From the human T2T-CHM13v2.0 reference genome, Homo sapiens, in assembly GCF_009914755.1 (NCBI RefSeq), contig NC_060926.1: 64,000 nucleotides of DNA; one strand, written 5' to 3'. A program made the position numbers and the translations under genes. Under the pieces are notes generated by a model. It was not told the DNA's origin. It ran no database searches and saw only the letters and a list, made by a program, of their open reading frames with translations. Shown one piece after another: positions 12,492 to 28,399 of this stretch (positions within the stretch are counted from its first letter, which is position 1; each line of letters begins with the position of its first letter).

Positions 12492-14699
12492 GGTCACCTT
12501 TTAGAACTGGCAGTTTATCTCCTTGACTATAAGAGAAAAGTGACCTGAAGTACATTGTCTTCTCAATTTTTGTATAAAAGAAGCATTTGTACTCTTCCTC
12601 CAGTTTATCATGATAAAACATGATGATTACTGCTATATCTGGAAACTCTGCAATCATCCATAAGGTAGCTTTTATCTAGATAGACTGAAATTGGAAGGTT
12701 GTCTGTAAATAATATATGTTTGACATCTGATGTCATTCTTAAAAGAATAAATGCCAGAGCATCAAGAATAGTCCCAATCCATGGAACAATACAGAATTCT
12801 AACGGTGGGAAGTCTGTATAAGCAATGCCATCCATATACCATATTTTAATTCTGTTATAGAGGGATTACCTCTAAATATGTCAGATGGAAAAATTTCTTC
12901 CTCTCAATATAGGCCAGATACAAGCAGCTTACTTACTCACACAGCTTCATAGTCCATGGCAGCCTCCCAAGTCATTCATTTTTAAGTAGTTGCATCTATT
13001 TGAGTCATGATGTGAACATTACCCAGCAAACTGAGTCACAAATTAATTTACATATTTGAGAAGTTGTTGTATTCGGTATATTGCAATAGAAATATCATAG
13101 AAACTTGGTATTCTTGTTTCACTCAGATTCAGAATTCACTAAAGTATGACGAGTTATTATTGCTATTATTATCCCTAGGAATAAGTTAATATTAATTGAT
13201 TGCATTTGTGTTTTACATAATATTTATATGTGGGAACATTATACCATGACTAGAAGATAGAATGCAATGAGAAACATAATTGTAGAATATGAAAATTCAC
13301 CAGCTGTAGGATTCAAAATGGTTAAAATTCAAAAAGATAAAAGGAAAATGCTTGGTTAAATATACTGGGATTTTCTAAGCTTACAGTATTAGAAAAGCCA
13401 TATAGTTTTTGTTATGTACAAATAATTTAGCTTACACAATCTTTAGAAATCTTTGGGTTCTGGGATTTAAAAATAAAAGGAAACCAACAAGAAGAAAAGT
13501 TAAAGTTACTGATTCGACTTAGTTTTTATACTACATAGTACCCACCTCTCCAAATGCAATATTTCATGTAAGCTGGAATTAAGTATTTATTAATGTTCAA
13601 GAAACTAGGCAGTCATATGATCGTGGCTTATTATAGCTTACTCCTAAATTTAGAAGTGTTCCCAGATTGAAAAATGGTAAAAAGATTAGAGAACAAATGC
13701 ACAGTTTTTAGTTTTTTCCTTGTTTTAGATTTATTATATTTTTTGAAACTAGATTTTATTATCCTAATCATACTGTATTGAACCTTTTAAGAGAATAAAA
13801 TAAGATTGTGTTAGAATTTTTTGAGATCCCCAAGTTTTATTTGTATAATTATGCTTCTTTTGTTTGTTCAATTGACATACTTTCTATAAATGATATGTGG
13901 TCAAAGTTTTATTATTTAGGCATTTCCTGTTTCTGAATTATCTGTGTACATTACTTCTCACTTGCCCCCATCTGCCAAGCTTTTGATTACTTTTACTTCT
14001 TATTTTTACTAGACAACAAAAAGTTAAGTGTGTGGTAAAAATGAAATCTGTGTATTAGTAAATGCAATTTGGCAAGAAGGAGGATACAAATATTTCTAAA
14101 ATGAAATTTTTGGACTAATACATTTTATTTATTCTTGCTTTTTTTGCTGTTTTGAACTATAATTAAACAAAAAGGTCCAGTTTATTTATTTGCAAACTTC
14201 AAGCAACATTGCAATAGTTCATTTCATAGAAATCCTAGTGAGTATGTACTTACCAAGGTGAACTAAGATAGGAATACCTGAACCAAAGCTCAGGATTTCT
14301 CTGCTGTTAGTTCCAAGGCCTTCCTGATAGACCTCCAAGCTGACCATTCCTCTTTTTTCCTGTGGCTTGCCAGTTGAGAGAAGAGGAATAATGGACAGTG
14401 TTACACTCCCATTTCATGTTTCTGTTTAGGGTTATTGTGGTGTAGATGAATTTCCTTTCTCTTCTTCTACTTCCTTTGCTCTCACAACTTTGAGAAATGA
14501 AAAGTAGCTTCCCTTCATAGAAAGATTTGGGATCCTTTATCTGATCATATAAACTGATATAACAAATACTTTTTATATGGATTTGATTATTTTGATTAGC
14601 AAGCCTCTGTTAATTGCTGACTATGATTGAGGCATTATATAAGGCATCATGGGGATTGTAAGATGAATTAAATATGGATTCGCTGTGATTTGTGAAAAC

Positions 14700-15070
14700 A
14701 CTATTACAAGATAAAAAGTGGTGAGAGTAGTGGGTTCTAGAATAGAAGCATAGGAAAAATCCTTTGGAAGCACAAGGGAGGGTGTGGTTATGTCTAGCTG
14801 AGATAATTATGAAAACCTTTATGGCTGTGACACTTGTTGAGGTTGGACTTGCAGATTTCCTGGGGTGGAAAGGCATTCTGGACAGAAAAAAGGTCATAAG
14901 CAAATTCTATGAGGTAGGGAAGCAGAGACCTATTTGAGAAACAGGTTTTCATGCCTGGGAAACGAGTTAGTAGAGGAGATAAAAGGAAGGTAAGATTAGA
15001 AAAGCTGGGTGCCATATAATGGAACATTTTGAGCGTTAGATTAAGACAAATTGAGCCTCTGATCAAATGG
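14700..15070 (-). mobile_element. Degraded L2 fragment
   Basis: ggaaaggcattctggacagaaaaaagg... resembles the L2 3' region. Confidence 0.5.
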
Positions 15071-16012
15071 AAATAAGAGTTTGATTAAACTTAATTGACT
15101 TTTATTATGAATTCTCATAGAAGGAACCATGTGAACTATTGTGCAACTTATATTTGATCACATTGATAAGATTAAAAACTGGCATCTAAAATAGGAAGAC
15201 ATTCATTAACTAGGGAACATATAATGCTGAGAGATGTGTAATCCTGGGGTGGGATGATGTAAGAGAAAACTTACAGGAATAATATGACATACCTTTCTAG
15301 ATTGTTAATTTTACTTAAGGATTTGGGAGTGCATGTTAATTTCATTTTAAAACAAGTTGAAAAATATGAAGGTAAAGTTTATGTTATTTCTTTTTTTATT
15401 AATAAAAGGAACATTTATTCTATTTCACTATTAAATAATACATCTGACAGCACTTTGCATATTGGGAAGTACTATACAAATTTTATTACTGTGTTAGCTA
15501 ACAACAGGACATAAAATCTCTTTCAGTACTGAACCAAACCATCAATATATAAGAAAAAGGAATGACAAATTGTTTATTTATTCAAATGTTTTGATAGAAT
15601 TGCCACATATGCAGATCAGAAGGTATCATAGGGTAGTTAACACCTACTTCTTTTTTTTCTTTTCAGGTTGTAAGCAAACTTTTACATTGCTTTAAATAAC
15701 TTCATTGTAATATGTGTTTGTTATATATTTTGCTTTTATTGAAAAAGCCATTTTTTACAGTTGCAGGCATTAGTTTTTTTTCTGTCACCATATAGTTTAC
15801 ATTACTCTCTTAACTGGCAGATGAACTGAAGGAAACAGGCTAAAAGTACTTAGCAGAACCCCAAAAAACAGGACTCTAATTTCTCAGCAAAATTCCATCA
15901 ACATCAATAAAATACTTTTTGTCTATAATTTTTGCCATAATTACTTACACATTTCTCATATACTTAGTTCTAATTCAAACTTATTTAAATTCATATTTAA
16001 GATAACACATTA

Positions 16013-16276
<264 letters not shown>

Positions 16277-17556
16277 AGATAACGCATTCAAAATAAAGAA
16301 GCACTAAAAAAATATTATGAATTTTCTGTCTGTGTTTACCAGGGATGACGGTGGTCAACAGAACTCTTTATCAAAATGCGTTGATATGCATAATATAAAA
16401 CGTGTAAATGTGGAGCTGTTCTGTTGAAGCAGGGTGAGGTCCCTGGACTTCTGGTCACTGGGCCTTTCTTGCTCAGTTCATCCAGTGACTCCTAACGTGC
16501 CTCCAACAATATCTAGGTTATTGGGAACACAGTGCAGGGAAAATGCTCTTCTAAGCAATTCTGATGCCCCTGATTTTCAGGAGACACTAGACAAAAACCC
16601 CTGTTGCTCAATGGATTAATCCGTAGTCTATTCTAGGAAGACAATAAATCCTGAATTTGATACATGAAAAGCTAAAAGCCCAAGGTTTTAGGTTCCAGGT
16701 TTCTTGGTGAAAGCAGACAGGTCTTTGAACCTCACTTTTTCATATTGTTTATTGATTTCCGTGAGCTGAGCAAACATAATAATAAGTTACCTCTGTGACC
16801 CTTGAGGAACTTTTCTATTGTGATTCATTGATCCTTTCTCTATGGATTTCTTTTAAAACGTGAGATTTGAAGGAAATTTTACAGCTGGACTAGATGCTTT
16901 GGGCTGTGCTCCTGACTTATAGGATCTCCTAAGTCAAAATAGTAACTCTGGTGGAAAAGCTAAAAAAGAACTCATTTAAAAAATAATGATCATGTGTTTC
17001 TGAGATAAGTTAAGCTTTGGTGATTGGCTTATTGATTCATTCTAAAGGTAGCTTTATTCCAGGAATTCTGCCTTAAATATTCTGTTATAAGAATACTGCT
17101 TTTTAAATGATCATGCTACAGATAAATCTGGCCACATAGCCAGAGAGAAATGAAATGTGACAGATAGACTGAGCCACTAATGCCAACTCTGTGCATTGAA
17201 ACTTGTGATTAAATCCAAAAGGAGGCTAGATGTGCCATAAAGTGCTCCTACTGATCTTCAAAAATTATGAACCAAGATCAAATTGAAAAGGTTTTATAAA
17301 TTTAAACTTTACAGAGGTTTAATCTTCTTATTTTTTTGTCAACATTCTTTGGAACTTTAAATTATTGTAGTAGTTGTTGATAAGCAGAGGACTCTAACCT
17401 GGAATGTTCTGGATAATCCTCAATGTAAAAGTGCGCATGTCCATCAAATTAGTGTCCTTGTTTAATGCCACATCTTACAAAGGTATTAAGTAAACTATAT
17501 TTACCTACGGATTTAATTAGAATTTTTTAAATGTTATTTTTACCTTTGACCAATGA

Positions 17557-17894
<338 letters not shown>

Positions 17895-19149
17895 CTCATA
17901 GCTTCTTTAGATCTGGTCAGCAGTATATAAATTCTCTGACCATTTAAGTAATTTTCTTAAAGAAAATATTTATGAAACGCTAATAAACTATTAACTGAAC
18001 AAGTAATACAATATGTGATAATTTTTACACCCTACAATGCATAAAATTTTAATACAAACTTGGTGTATACTTGATAACAATTTATATGTTTATTTTACCA
18101 TCTGGTAAATGTGTAAATGATATTTTGAGAAGCACATTTCATATTCACTTTGACAACTTATCCTTAACAATATGTGCCCTGTCTTATGTATCGACTGGAA
18201 TAATCTTGGAAATTTTTGAAAAAGATGAATCCAGGAAAAAAAATTCATGTCCTAGTTTGTTTGTTTTAAAAATATTATGGAGATTTGAGAGTTAGATTTT
18301 TTGTACTAAACTGAGGGATTTTGTTGTTTGCTGACTTTTACCAGACATCCTGCTAATTAGGGTAGAATAATCAGAGCAGCTTCCAAACATTATATCATGT
18401 ACATCAAATCAAGTTTCCTACTAACACTATAGGCCACATAAGTAGCAATAATAAAATGAATATGGTTCTGTGTGTTGTTGTATAACAGTATCACATCTTT
18501 TACAGAGTATTTGGTTTGCTATCACTTATGTCTAAATATGGGATGATCATTTTTTCCAACGTGTTGTAATGAACCTCAAGTGAATAGCTTTTATCGAATA
18601 ACAGCATTTATGACACTTTGGCCTTCTGCCTTTTTTATTTCATTCTCTCTGCTTATCAGTCTTGCTGGAATAAATCTCGGGGACTTACACAAAACAAGCA
18701 AGCAGATAATGTCCATATTTAGTTTTCATGCACTATTTCTTAGCTTATAATGATGTAAGAACCTTTGTAAGATATCATGGACTACATCTGCACACTAATT
18801 ACTCTCTTTTCTAAAATAAAGTGGTTTGATAAGCAAATTACAAATTTTGGCCTGACAAATTTATCTCTTATTACAAAATATTTAAATTGAAGTAAAAATA
18901 AAAACTCAAAGCCACATTTTAATCTCTTAGATTTAGAAATCAAAGTACAGTGGTATCTTAAAAATATTTGCTTAAATGAATCATACCATCAATTACTTTT
19001 GTATTCTAAATAGCCATTTGAAACTTTTCAGTTTAGTTATTATCATTTGCTTCCTCATAGAATACATATCTTACTGTTGAAATGATCATATAGTATAATT
19101 TTGAGAAATATTTTCTGTTTATATCTTTATCTGCAGGTATGATATTGAG

Positions 19150-19370
19150 CTACATTATTCCTGATGCTGTATAAGCTTATAACCTACTCTGTACAACAAC
19201 CTTGCAGGATGAGCACCAACTTCATTTTATAGATAAGGAGATTGAAGCACAGAAAGTTTAGGCTATGTAAACTTTCCCGTGGTTTATACAAGGAGCAAAT
19301 GTTAAAGCAAGAATTTAACCTCAGATTTGTTTTGCCTGAAACCATGTTCTCTTCACTATACTATTGCCTC
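19150..19370 (-). mobile_element. MIR fragment
   Basis: cattttatagataaggagattgaagcacagaaag, MIR core. Confidence 0.6.
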
Positions 19371-19523
19371 AAATATTTAGTCAAGAGGACATGAAACCTG
19401 GAAGTATTTAAAAGTCCAACATCACGTCATTTAGTCTTGGAAGCATGAAGCTGCTTGACATAGGTGTGAGATGGTAAGGGTGAAGTTCGGGCTGAAAGAA
19501 AAGAAATGGGGCTGACCTCCTAG

Positions 19524-19835
<312 letters not shown>

Positions 19836-20064
19836 TGATTTTACAATTTAAAATCTGCCTCTGTTCAAACTCTTATCATGTATCCAACTCAACTCAGACC
19901 AATGCACAGGGTTTAGTTTGTCATAAAATGGATTTGAAATTCAAATCGAGCATCTAAGAATCAACTACTCAGATTTTTTCAAAACCAAGCAAACATAGTA
20001 TCTCAGACACCATGGCAACTAAAAAAATTTTTTTTGAAATACCTAAAGTATTACAGTGATAATA

Positions 20065-20290
20065 TTAATGATACTTAGTGAATGCTTCCTTTGTGACACT
20101 GTTCTTCTACATATATAACTAATCCTCACAATTATGTGAGATCAATGCTATTATTATTTCCATTTTGCAGATGAAGAAACTGAAGTATAGAGAGGTTAAG
20201 TGACTTGCCTAAGGGCACAGTAAATAATAGTTGAGCCAGAATTCGAACTCTGGCAATCTGGTATTAGAGTCATGACTATTAGCAGTAGTA
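20065..20290 (-). mobile_element. MIR
   Basis: cattttgcagatgaagaaactgaagtatagagaggttaagtgacttgcctaagggcacag, MIR core. Confidence 0.85.
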
Positions 20291-20411
20291 TTAAGATAAA
20301 TGGGATGATAACTGATTTCTCTTTCAGGGTGATTATTACAAGAAGTATGAAGAAAAAAACTGGATGAAATGGAAGCTAAGAACTTGAAGAAGAAAGCTAA
20401 TCTGCAATATT

Positions 20412-20504
20412 TTAGGTTGGTGCAAAACCAATTGCGGTTTTTGCCATTAAAAGCAATAGCAAAAACAATAGCAAAAACCTGCAATTACTTTTGCACCAAT
20501 GTAA
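20412..20504. mobile_element. MADE1 (Hsmar1-derived mariner MITE) with a 12-bp internal duplication
   Basis: ttaggttggtgcaaaa...caattacttttgcaccaatgtaa palindromic TIRs; CAATAGCAAAAA x2 at 20454-20477. Confidence 0.92.
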
Positions 20505-20562
20505 TATTATTTAGAACTTTAGTTTATTTAATGATGTAAATATGAACAAAACAAATGGATAA

Positions 20563-20886
<324 letters not shown>

Positions 20887-21527
20887 TGCTTTTCATTTTT
20901 CAAAAAAGAATTAGGTTTTTATTTCAGTTATACAGTATTTATTATTTCTTCCAAATGGAATAATAGGAACGTATGTTGTTTGTGAATCTTTCAAATTATT
21001 CCTCTTTATTGGTCTCTCATGGTTCTTTGTAGTTTACAATAAGTAGGACTATTGAAGAATTTTAAAAAGTTTAAGCTATGCAACCTTTTTTTAAAAAAAT
21101 ATATAATGAACAGAAAATTTTCACCTTTTGCTCAAAATTATCAGTGCCTCAGTGATATTTTTGTTGTACAACTTCCTTTGTACAAAAAAATAAAATATAC
21201 CTTGGTAAAATAGTTATAATTTTGAGTTAGAAAAATTATTTTTACCAATAACATTGCACATTTTAAAAGAATTAATCAGAAGCTTGTTAAATTCATGTGG
21301 AATCATCTAGTTTCTTATTTGGCCAATAACGATGGTCAGAACCTCGGAAAGCGATTGCTAAAATGAAAAGTTTTAATAGTGTTTTTAATGTTTTATTGAA
21401 CACAAGATCAATTAAAATACTTATGTGGAACATATGGTAGGGCTAATCATTGGGTATTTAAGCTTAGAGATCAAGACTTTTTGCAACAGTTTTTGTTCTA
21501 AAGTTGAATATTTTATGCGCTTTATGA

Positions 21528-21745
21528 TTTTTTTGTTTGAGACAGAGTCTCCCCCTCCGGGGCTCAAGCAATTCTCCAGCCTCAGCCTCCCGAGTAGCTG
21601 GGATTACAGGCGTGCACCACCATGCCTGTAGAGACGGGGTTTCGCCATGTTGGCCAGGCTAGTCTCAAAACTCCTGACCTCAGGGGATCCGTCCGCCGGC
21701 CCCCCAAGTGCTTGGGCTTACAGGTGTGAGCCTTCGCGCCCGGCC
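21528..21745 (-). mobile_element. AluS-like with two internal deletions
   Basis: Junctions gagtctc|cccctcc and catgcctg|tagagacg; TSD attttatg(c/t)gcttta. Confidence 0.9.
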
Positions 21746-22314
21746 ATTTTATGTGCTTTATAATTATTGTTAATCCCAAAATGTAAATCTGCATTTCTTT
21801 TTCTTAAAAAGAGGAGCAGTTTCAACAAAAAGGGAAACAAATAGGACATGTAAAAAAAGAAATAGTAAGAATTTATTTTTTATTTATATGGCTTATTTTA
21901 CAGATTCAATGAAATATATATGTCAAATTGAGAAAAATTTCCGCCCATATTTTAAAAATGTTTATGTTTTATGAACGGTCTTTTATTTTGTGGTTTCAGC
22001 TTTCAAATGAGGCTGTAAAAGAGAGCAAATACTTCTGCATTAGTAACTATCTTTAATAGTTTATTTTTACCCTTTTTTTTTTTTTTGCAGTAGCACTGCT
22101 CTACGCCTCTCATTCCAACACTGTCCCAAGGAGTAAGTTGTAGGTTTACATTGTTGGCCAAGGCAAAATTGTAACTCTTGCTTTTGACTGCCCTAGCCTC
22201 CTGTGTCTCTCTGCCTCTATTTTGTATACTGACTGCTTCTCTAGTCTTTTTTTCAGTGACTACATATCCTTTTGCTTTCTCTTGTACTTATTCAAATTTG
22301 TTTGACTATCTTAC

Positions 22315-22507
22315 CAGTAGTTCTTAACGATGGCTGCTCATTATAATCACCTGTCATGCTACAAAACAAAACAAACAAAAACAAAAACAAACAAAAAACC
22401 ACATGCCCAGGCTAAAATAAGAATCTTTGGGGCTGAAGCTAGGGCACTGATGTTTTTAAGAAATGCCCCAGATAATTATAATAATTAGCCAGGGTTGAGG
22501 ACCACTG
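22315..22507. mobile_element. MER5-like hAT-Charlie MITE
   Basis: TIRs cagtagttcttaac ... gttgaggaccactg; internal (CAAAA)n. Confidence 0.75.
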
Positions 22508-23684
22508 AGCTAAAAGGATGAAATGCAAATGCTTGCTTCAGGAATCAGCAGACAGGGTAGGAAGAAGGTATTTTGGGCCTGAAGCCTTTCTGATATCCTA
22601 GGCTCTCATTACATAGATAGTGTCTCCTTAGCTTATGGTTAGCCATGGTGTTGCCAGTAACCCAGTGAGGAGTGGCTGTGCAGCAGTTTGTAACTACAGT
22701 CTATGGAATTTGCTTCATTTGTGTTTATCATCCCCAAGAAGCTGGCATTAAGAAAACAAGAGGTCAGATTTATCTGTTCCCACCTCCAACAGCCTACATT
22801 GTCAGTTCTCCTAATATTTGGTATTTGGGATAAGACAAATTATTCCGACTTAGTCTATTCCTACTTTGTGTTTGCAAAAATTTCAATACATTATATAATG
22901 GGAATTGACGCTGGTCTTGGCAGCTTATCCATTATTCAAACACCTTTGTTGAAAAAAATAAAAACAACCTCCATTTTTTGGATAAGTCAGTAAGTAATAG
23001 CCAGAGCTTGATTAAATCTGGTCACAAGCTCTGGCATTTAGATTAGGTGTTATCTGAAACTTGCATGGATTAATCGATTATTTTCTTTTAAAGATCTTAC
23101 ACTGAGATGCACCATAGTGGATCAAATACTTTTAATTAACTCAAATGAAAGCAATATCCAGCACTACCTATGGTTTCAGAAATTGTTTTGCTGTTTGGTT
23201 GAACTAAGATTGTTCAGACTACTTGACAGAACCTGTTCAAACTGGCTCAAAAAATTAAGCTTATTTGAGGAGTCCTTAAAGCCTAAATTACTTTGGATTA
23301 AGTAGCATTTCTGTAGAAAATTTTTAAAGAAATAAAATATGGCACTGGGAGTCAATTTGAGGTCTGTAAGTCATTTAATTTTGTTGAGCCGCTATTTCTC
23401 CACCAATGATTTGGGTATAATGATGCTTGCCCTGCACATATTAATATTTTAGAGGGATTTGGAGAAGGAAGATCTTCCTATAAATAAAATATTGTTGAGC
23501 CTTCAGTAAAGCTTGGTTGACATCTTTTAATAAAATGATATCTTCTTATAAAGATAGTAAAGTAGAGCAATAAAAATTGCAAATATTATTGAGAAACCAA
23601 TAGTCACAAGTGGCATAATGTGATGTTTCCCTACAGCGCTTTGTGTTACCTTTCCTGTATCATGTAGACCATTTTAAAATATTT

Positions 23685-23790
23685 GTTTTTTTAGAGACTG
23701 GGTCTCTGTGTTTCCCAGGCTGGTCTCAAACTCCTGGGCTCAAGCAGTCCTCCCACCAACCAAGTAGCTGGGACTACACTGTGTGCAGCT
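23685..23790 (-). mobile_element. Alu monomer fragment (FLAM/FAM-like)
   Basis: cccaggctggtctcaaactcctgggctcaagcagtcctcccacc. Confidence 0.7.
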
Positions 23791-23869
23791 TGAGACTTTT
23801 AATGAATTGCTTATGTCTATTTCTTCTATTAGTGAGCAGACTTTCTAGACTTTCATCTTACTAGGCTGA

Positions 23870-23960
23870 TCTTGAAAGCAGGGTCTCTATTTGTCTTCAT
23901 ATAGAGTCTGGTGTAGACCTTGGTACATAATAGATTGAATAAATATTTTCTCAATGAATG
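23870..23960 (+). mobile_element. L2 3' end fragment
   Basis: cttgaaagcaggg...aataaatattttctcaatgaatg. Confidence 0.55.
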
Positions 23961-24199
23961 CCCTTTTTGTATTTTGGATAAAAATATTAGCCATTTACAA
24001 AAACTATTATATCACTTTTTTCTTTTTTGGGGAGGTATACTGTTAGAAAACATAATTATACTGTGTTGTAGGTACATACACATAAATTTATGAAGAGATT
24101 TGGTGCTTTTGAAAACGCACATTGGATTGGGAAGTGCATAACATTAAGTCAAAGTGACCTGGTGGAGGATGGAGGTTGCTATTTTATAGTAGTAGGTAA

Positions 24200-24435
24200 G
24201 GTGTCAAGGAAAGATCATGGACTTTGGAGCTATGCTGACCTGGATTTGAATGAGCAACTTTGAAGCTGTGTGATCCCGAGCAAATTTCTTAATGTCTTAG
24301 TTTCAATTTCTTTATCTGTGAAAAAGGGATAATACTATTTACTTCATAGATAGTTGTAATGATTAAGTAGAGACCTTGGTAAAGCATCTGATACAATGTC
24401 TGGACATATTAGAGACTATGATGGCTGTTATTATT
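24200..24435 (+). mobile_element. MIR
   Basis: gctgtgtgatcccgagcaaatttcttaa...tctgtgaaaaagggataata. Confidence 0.75.
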
Positions 24436-25786
24436 AAATTATATTATTAAATTAGGAAAAGGATTATTTTTAGGTAGAAAATGATTTAAAGTTTACTTCT
24501 ATTTTCCAAAGACAGTCTTTTCAATTGGATAGCAATCTTTGTCTTTTGTCTTCTTCTTTTACTTTAGTTTGCTGGAAGTTAATTTCCAAATGTTTCCAAA
24601 TTAAACGTTATAAGATTGTATAGAGTATATTTTGCTCTTTGCTGATAAGGGATCTTGTACTATCAGAGGATTACAAGGTGAAACTAAGCTGGTGGTTTTC
24701 ATTCTAGCCCCTGTTAGTCCCTGTCACCAAACTACCACACAATTTGGAGCATTTGCCAGAGCTGGCTCAAGAGAGGCCAATCGAGACACTAATAGATGCA
24801 TTTTCTCCATGAATACACCCTTGGATCACACATAGAATTCCTATTAACAGCAATGAGAGTTAAACTTGTAAATCCCTTATGCATTGATGGGAGAATAGAC
24901 CTTTTAGTTTACTTAGCCATCTTCCAGTTATTTGGCACTTTCCCCATCCCTTGTGAGTTCTCCAACATTTTCATTAAAGGCTTTTCTATTTTCTATTCTG
25001 CTTCATTCAGTTTGGGTAGTAATTCATGTTGGCCTGATGCCTTGGCAGCAATGAATGATTCTAATTGCCTCACTATCTATCTAGTCTGGCCTACCCATAA
25101 AGCCTTTCAACTTTTAATTCAAGCTTCCTGCAGTATCAACTTCATGGGTCACAAACTTCCCACTCATATCCTTTCATTGCATCTTAGCTGCTTACCTCTT
25201 GTGTATTTAAGAAACTCGAGAGAGTTTATCATTATCTCACTACTTTTCTGTTACACCACCTTATGCTTTTTGTAAAATTAAAGCAGCATTGCAGAAACCT
25301 AAGGATGCAAGGACAACTTTTGTCTAGACATTGTATCAGAAGAGCTAGATACCCTCGTTCACATTTACTCGAGTTAGCTAATAGTAAATGGTTAAAAAAT
25401 AGAAAATTTTAAGTATCCTTCTATATCTACTGTTACCCCTTTCATTATTGTCAGTTCTACTTTCTTGCTCACCCGCTGAAATACACATTTTTCTCTTCTG
25501 ATCCTGAGTATGGATGTAGCATGTGGATCATAACGATAAATGGAAAACAAAGGTCTTGCTTTGAATTCGTGATTTTCTGGCAGACAGGGAGGCTGCTTCT
25601 GTACTTTATATAGTATGGGTGTTCTGCTTTGATTCTATGTGTCAGTGCTTATTTTGGAGGTTTTACAAGAAGCTTTCTCATATGATAAAAAAAGTATAGT
25701 AAACACACAGCCCCACAATATTTAAAAGGAAAGAATTACATGCTAATAGATTGTGAGATATTTTATTTTTTACCTGCTTTTAAAAA

Positions 25787-26088
25787 TTTTTATTTATTTA
25801 TTTATTTTTGATGGAGCCTTGCTCTGTTGCCAGGCTGGAGTGCGGTGGCGCGCAATCTTGGCTCACTGAAAACTCCGCCTCCTGGGTTCAAGCGATTCTT
25901 CTCCCTCAGCCTCCCGAGTAGCTGGGACTACAGGCACGCGCCACCACACCTGGGCAATTTTTGTATTTTTAGTAGAGGTGGGGTTTCACCATATTGGCCA
26001 GGTTGGTCTCAAACTCCTGACCTCGTGATCTGCCTGCCTCGGTCTCCCAAAGTGCTGGGATTACAGGCGTGAGCCAACGTGCCTGGCC
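25787..26088 (-). mobile_element. AluS
   Basis: (TTTA)n tail and full Alu consensus. Confidence 0.95.
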
Positions 26089-26778
26089 TAAATTATTCTT
26101 AAATTTAAAAAAGTTTTTTAACTTAGAAAATTATAAGTATTACATAATAATATAAGAAACGCTCATTTATCCATTGATAGATCTATGAGCCTTATCAGAA
26201 TCAGGTTGGATTTTTGTGGCAAAACTACTTCATACATGATATTGTGTACTTCTATAATGTCTGATTGTCTCTTATTTTTTTCCAGCCAAAAGAGATGTCT
26301 TTTTTGTCTATCAGCTGAGATGATTATTGTCAAAACCATTAATTCATTAGATTTTTGCATAATGAGCTTTAAAAATTCGATCATTTCTTCATTTATTACC
26401 TAGAATACTTATGAAAAGTATTACCCTCTCTATTTGGTTACAATAAAGTAAATTCATTCTTTCTCTTTGTTTGTCAGTTTTCAAAATAATTGCTTGGCTT
26501 CCAATATTTTCCAAAGGTGACCAATGAGGTATTTTCTTTTATCATCATAAATTCATGGATTTAAACATATTTGATATGTTTTAATCCATTGTAGTAATCA
26601 TCAGATCATTCCATCTTTGGTCTGTGATGGCCTACTCATTGTAACTCTTGACTCCTTTTGACAGGACCCCACTAGTCATTGATAGCATCTTTTCCTTTCT
26701 TTTATAGCAAGATTTCAGCTTCCTCTTGAATTCTAAATAGTTCATCTAGATCTAGTTTCTTTAAAAACAAAAACAAAA

Positions 26779-27049
26779 ACAGCGTCTCCCTCCTTCCCTC
26801 TGGCTGGAGTACAGTGGCGTGATCCTGGCTCACGGCAACCTCCACCTTCCAGGCTCAAGAGATCATCCTGCCTCAGCCTCCTAAGTGGCTAGGACTACAG
26901 GCATGAGCCACCACACCCAACTAATTTTTGTATTTTTTTTGTAGAGACAGGGTTTGCCACGTTGCCCAGGCTGGTTTTGAACTCCTGAGATCTGCCCACT
27001 TTGGCCTCCCAAAGTGCCGGGATTACATGTGTGAGCCTCTGTGCCGGCC
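26779..27049 (-). mobile_element. AluJ-like
   Basis: Alu consensus with J-type features and a small deletion. Confidence 0.88.
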
Positions 27050-27349
27050 TCCTTTCCCACCTTTAACATATTCTCTAGTGAGCTCTACTTAATTTTTGTG
27101 GAAATACAAATTAAAAACTATCTGGATGCTACAGGTGCTCATTGCTACTGGATTGTTCCTTTCAGGGGATTGTGCTAGGGAATTTTACACACATATATAA
27201 GATTATAAAATAAAATACATCCTGGGTTGAACATACCAATATTTCTACTTCCAATGTAGGACTCTAGAGTTTTTATTTAACTATCTCTATAATCTTAAAT
27301 TTTTATCTCGTTCCTCACATGTTGAAATTCCTATTCCCTACCTTAGTGA

Positions 27350-27793
<444 letters not shown>

Positions 27794-27866
27794 TAGGTAT
27801 AGTCAAATCACTGTCTTTTAAAGGAATGTGGGATATTCCTTTCTTTGTGGTTGTGCCATCAACTGA

Positions 27867-28130
27867 TGAGGTAGACAGAATAATGGCTTCCTTAAAATGT
27901 CCATGTCTTAATCCCTGAAACCTGTGAATATGTTTCCTTACATGAAAAAAGAGATTTCCTGCACTCAATGATTAAGTTAAGGACTCGAGACAGAGATTTT
28001 CCTGGATTATCCAGGTAGGCCCAATGTAATCACAAGGGTCCTTAAAAGTACAAGAAGGAGGCAGAGTAGAATAATGTGATGTGAGGATTAAACCCACCAT
28101 TGCTGGCTTTGAAGATGGAAGGGGACAATT
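27867..28130 (+). mobile_element. MaLR LTR 5' part (MLT1C/D-like)
   Basis: cagaataatgg...taatccctgaaacctgtgaatatgtt...ctggattatccaggtaggcccaatgtaatcacaagggtcctta. Confidence 0.85.
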
Positions 28131-28399
28131 GACAATGTATGGTACTGTATTTCCATCACTACATTACACAGGCCTGGTAACCAAGGGCTTGAAAGCAAGG
28201 TGAGCCTTGTGCTTATTGCAATTACACATCATAATCCATGTGCAAAATTTTTACTAATGGTGCTTATGATCCTAGGGTTTGGTAGTAAGAGAATTGTTCA
28301 TCAAAAGCAGGCATATAGCTCTTCACTTTTAGCAAGGTTAATTGGGCATTAAAAATATTGATAATTTTGACTAGTAACCAATGGGCACTGAGTCTTCCC

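Noticed and set aside
24796-25275. 159-aa ORF in unique sequence
   Set aside because: No recognisable homology or exon context; composition is typical of a chance ORF in AT-rich DNA.
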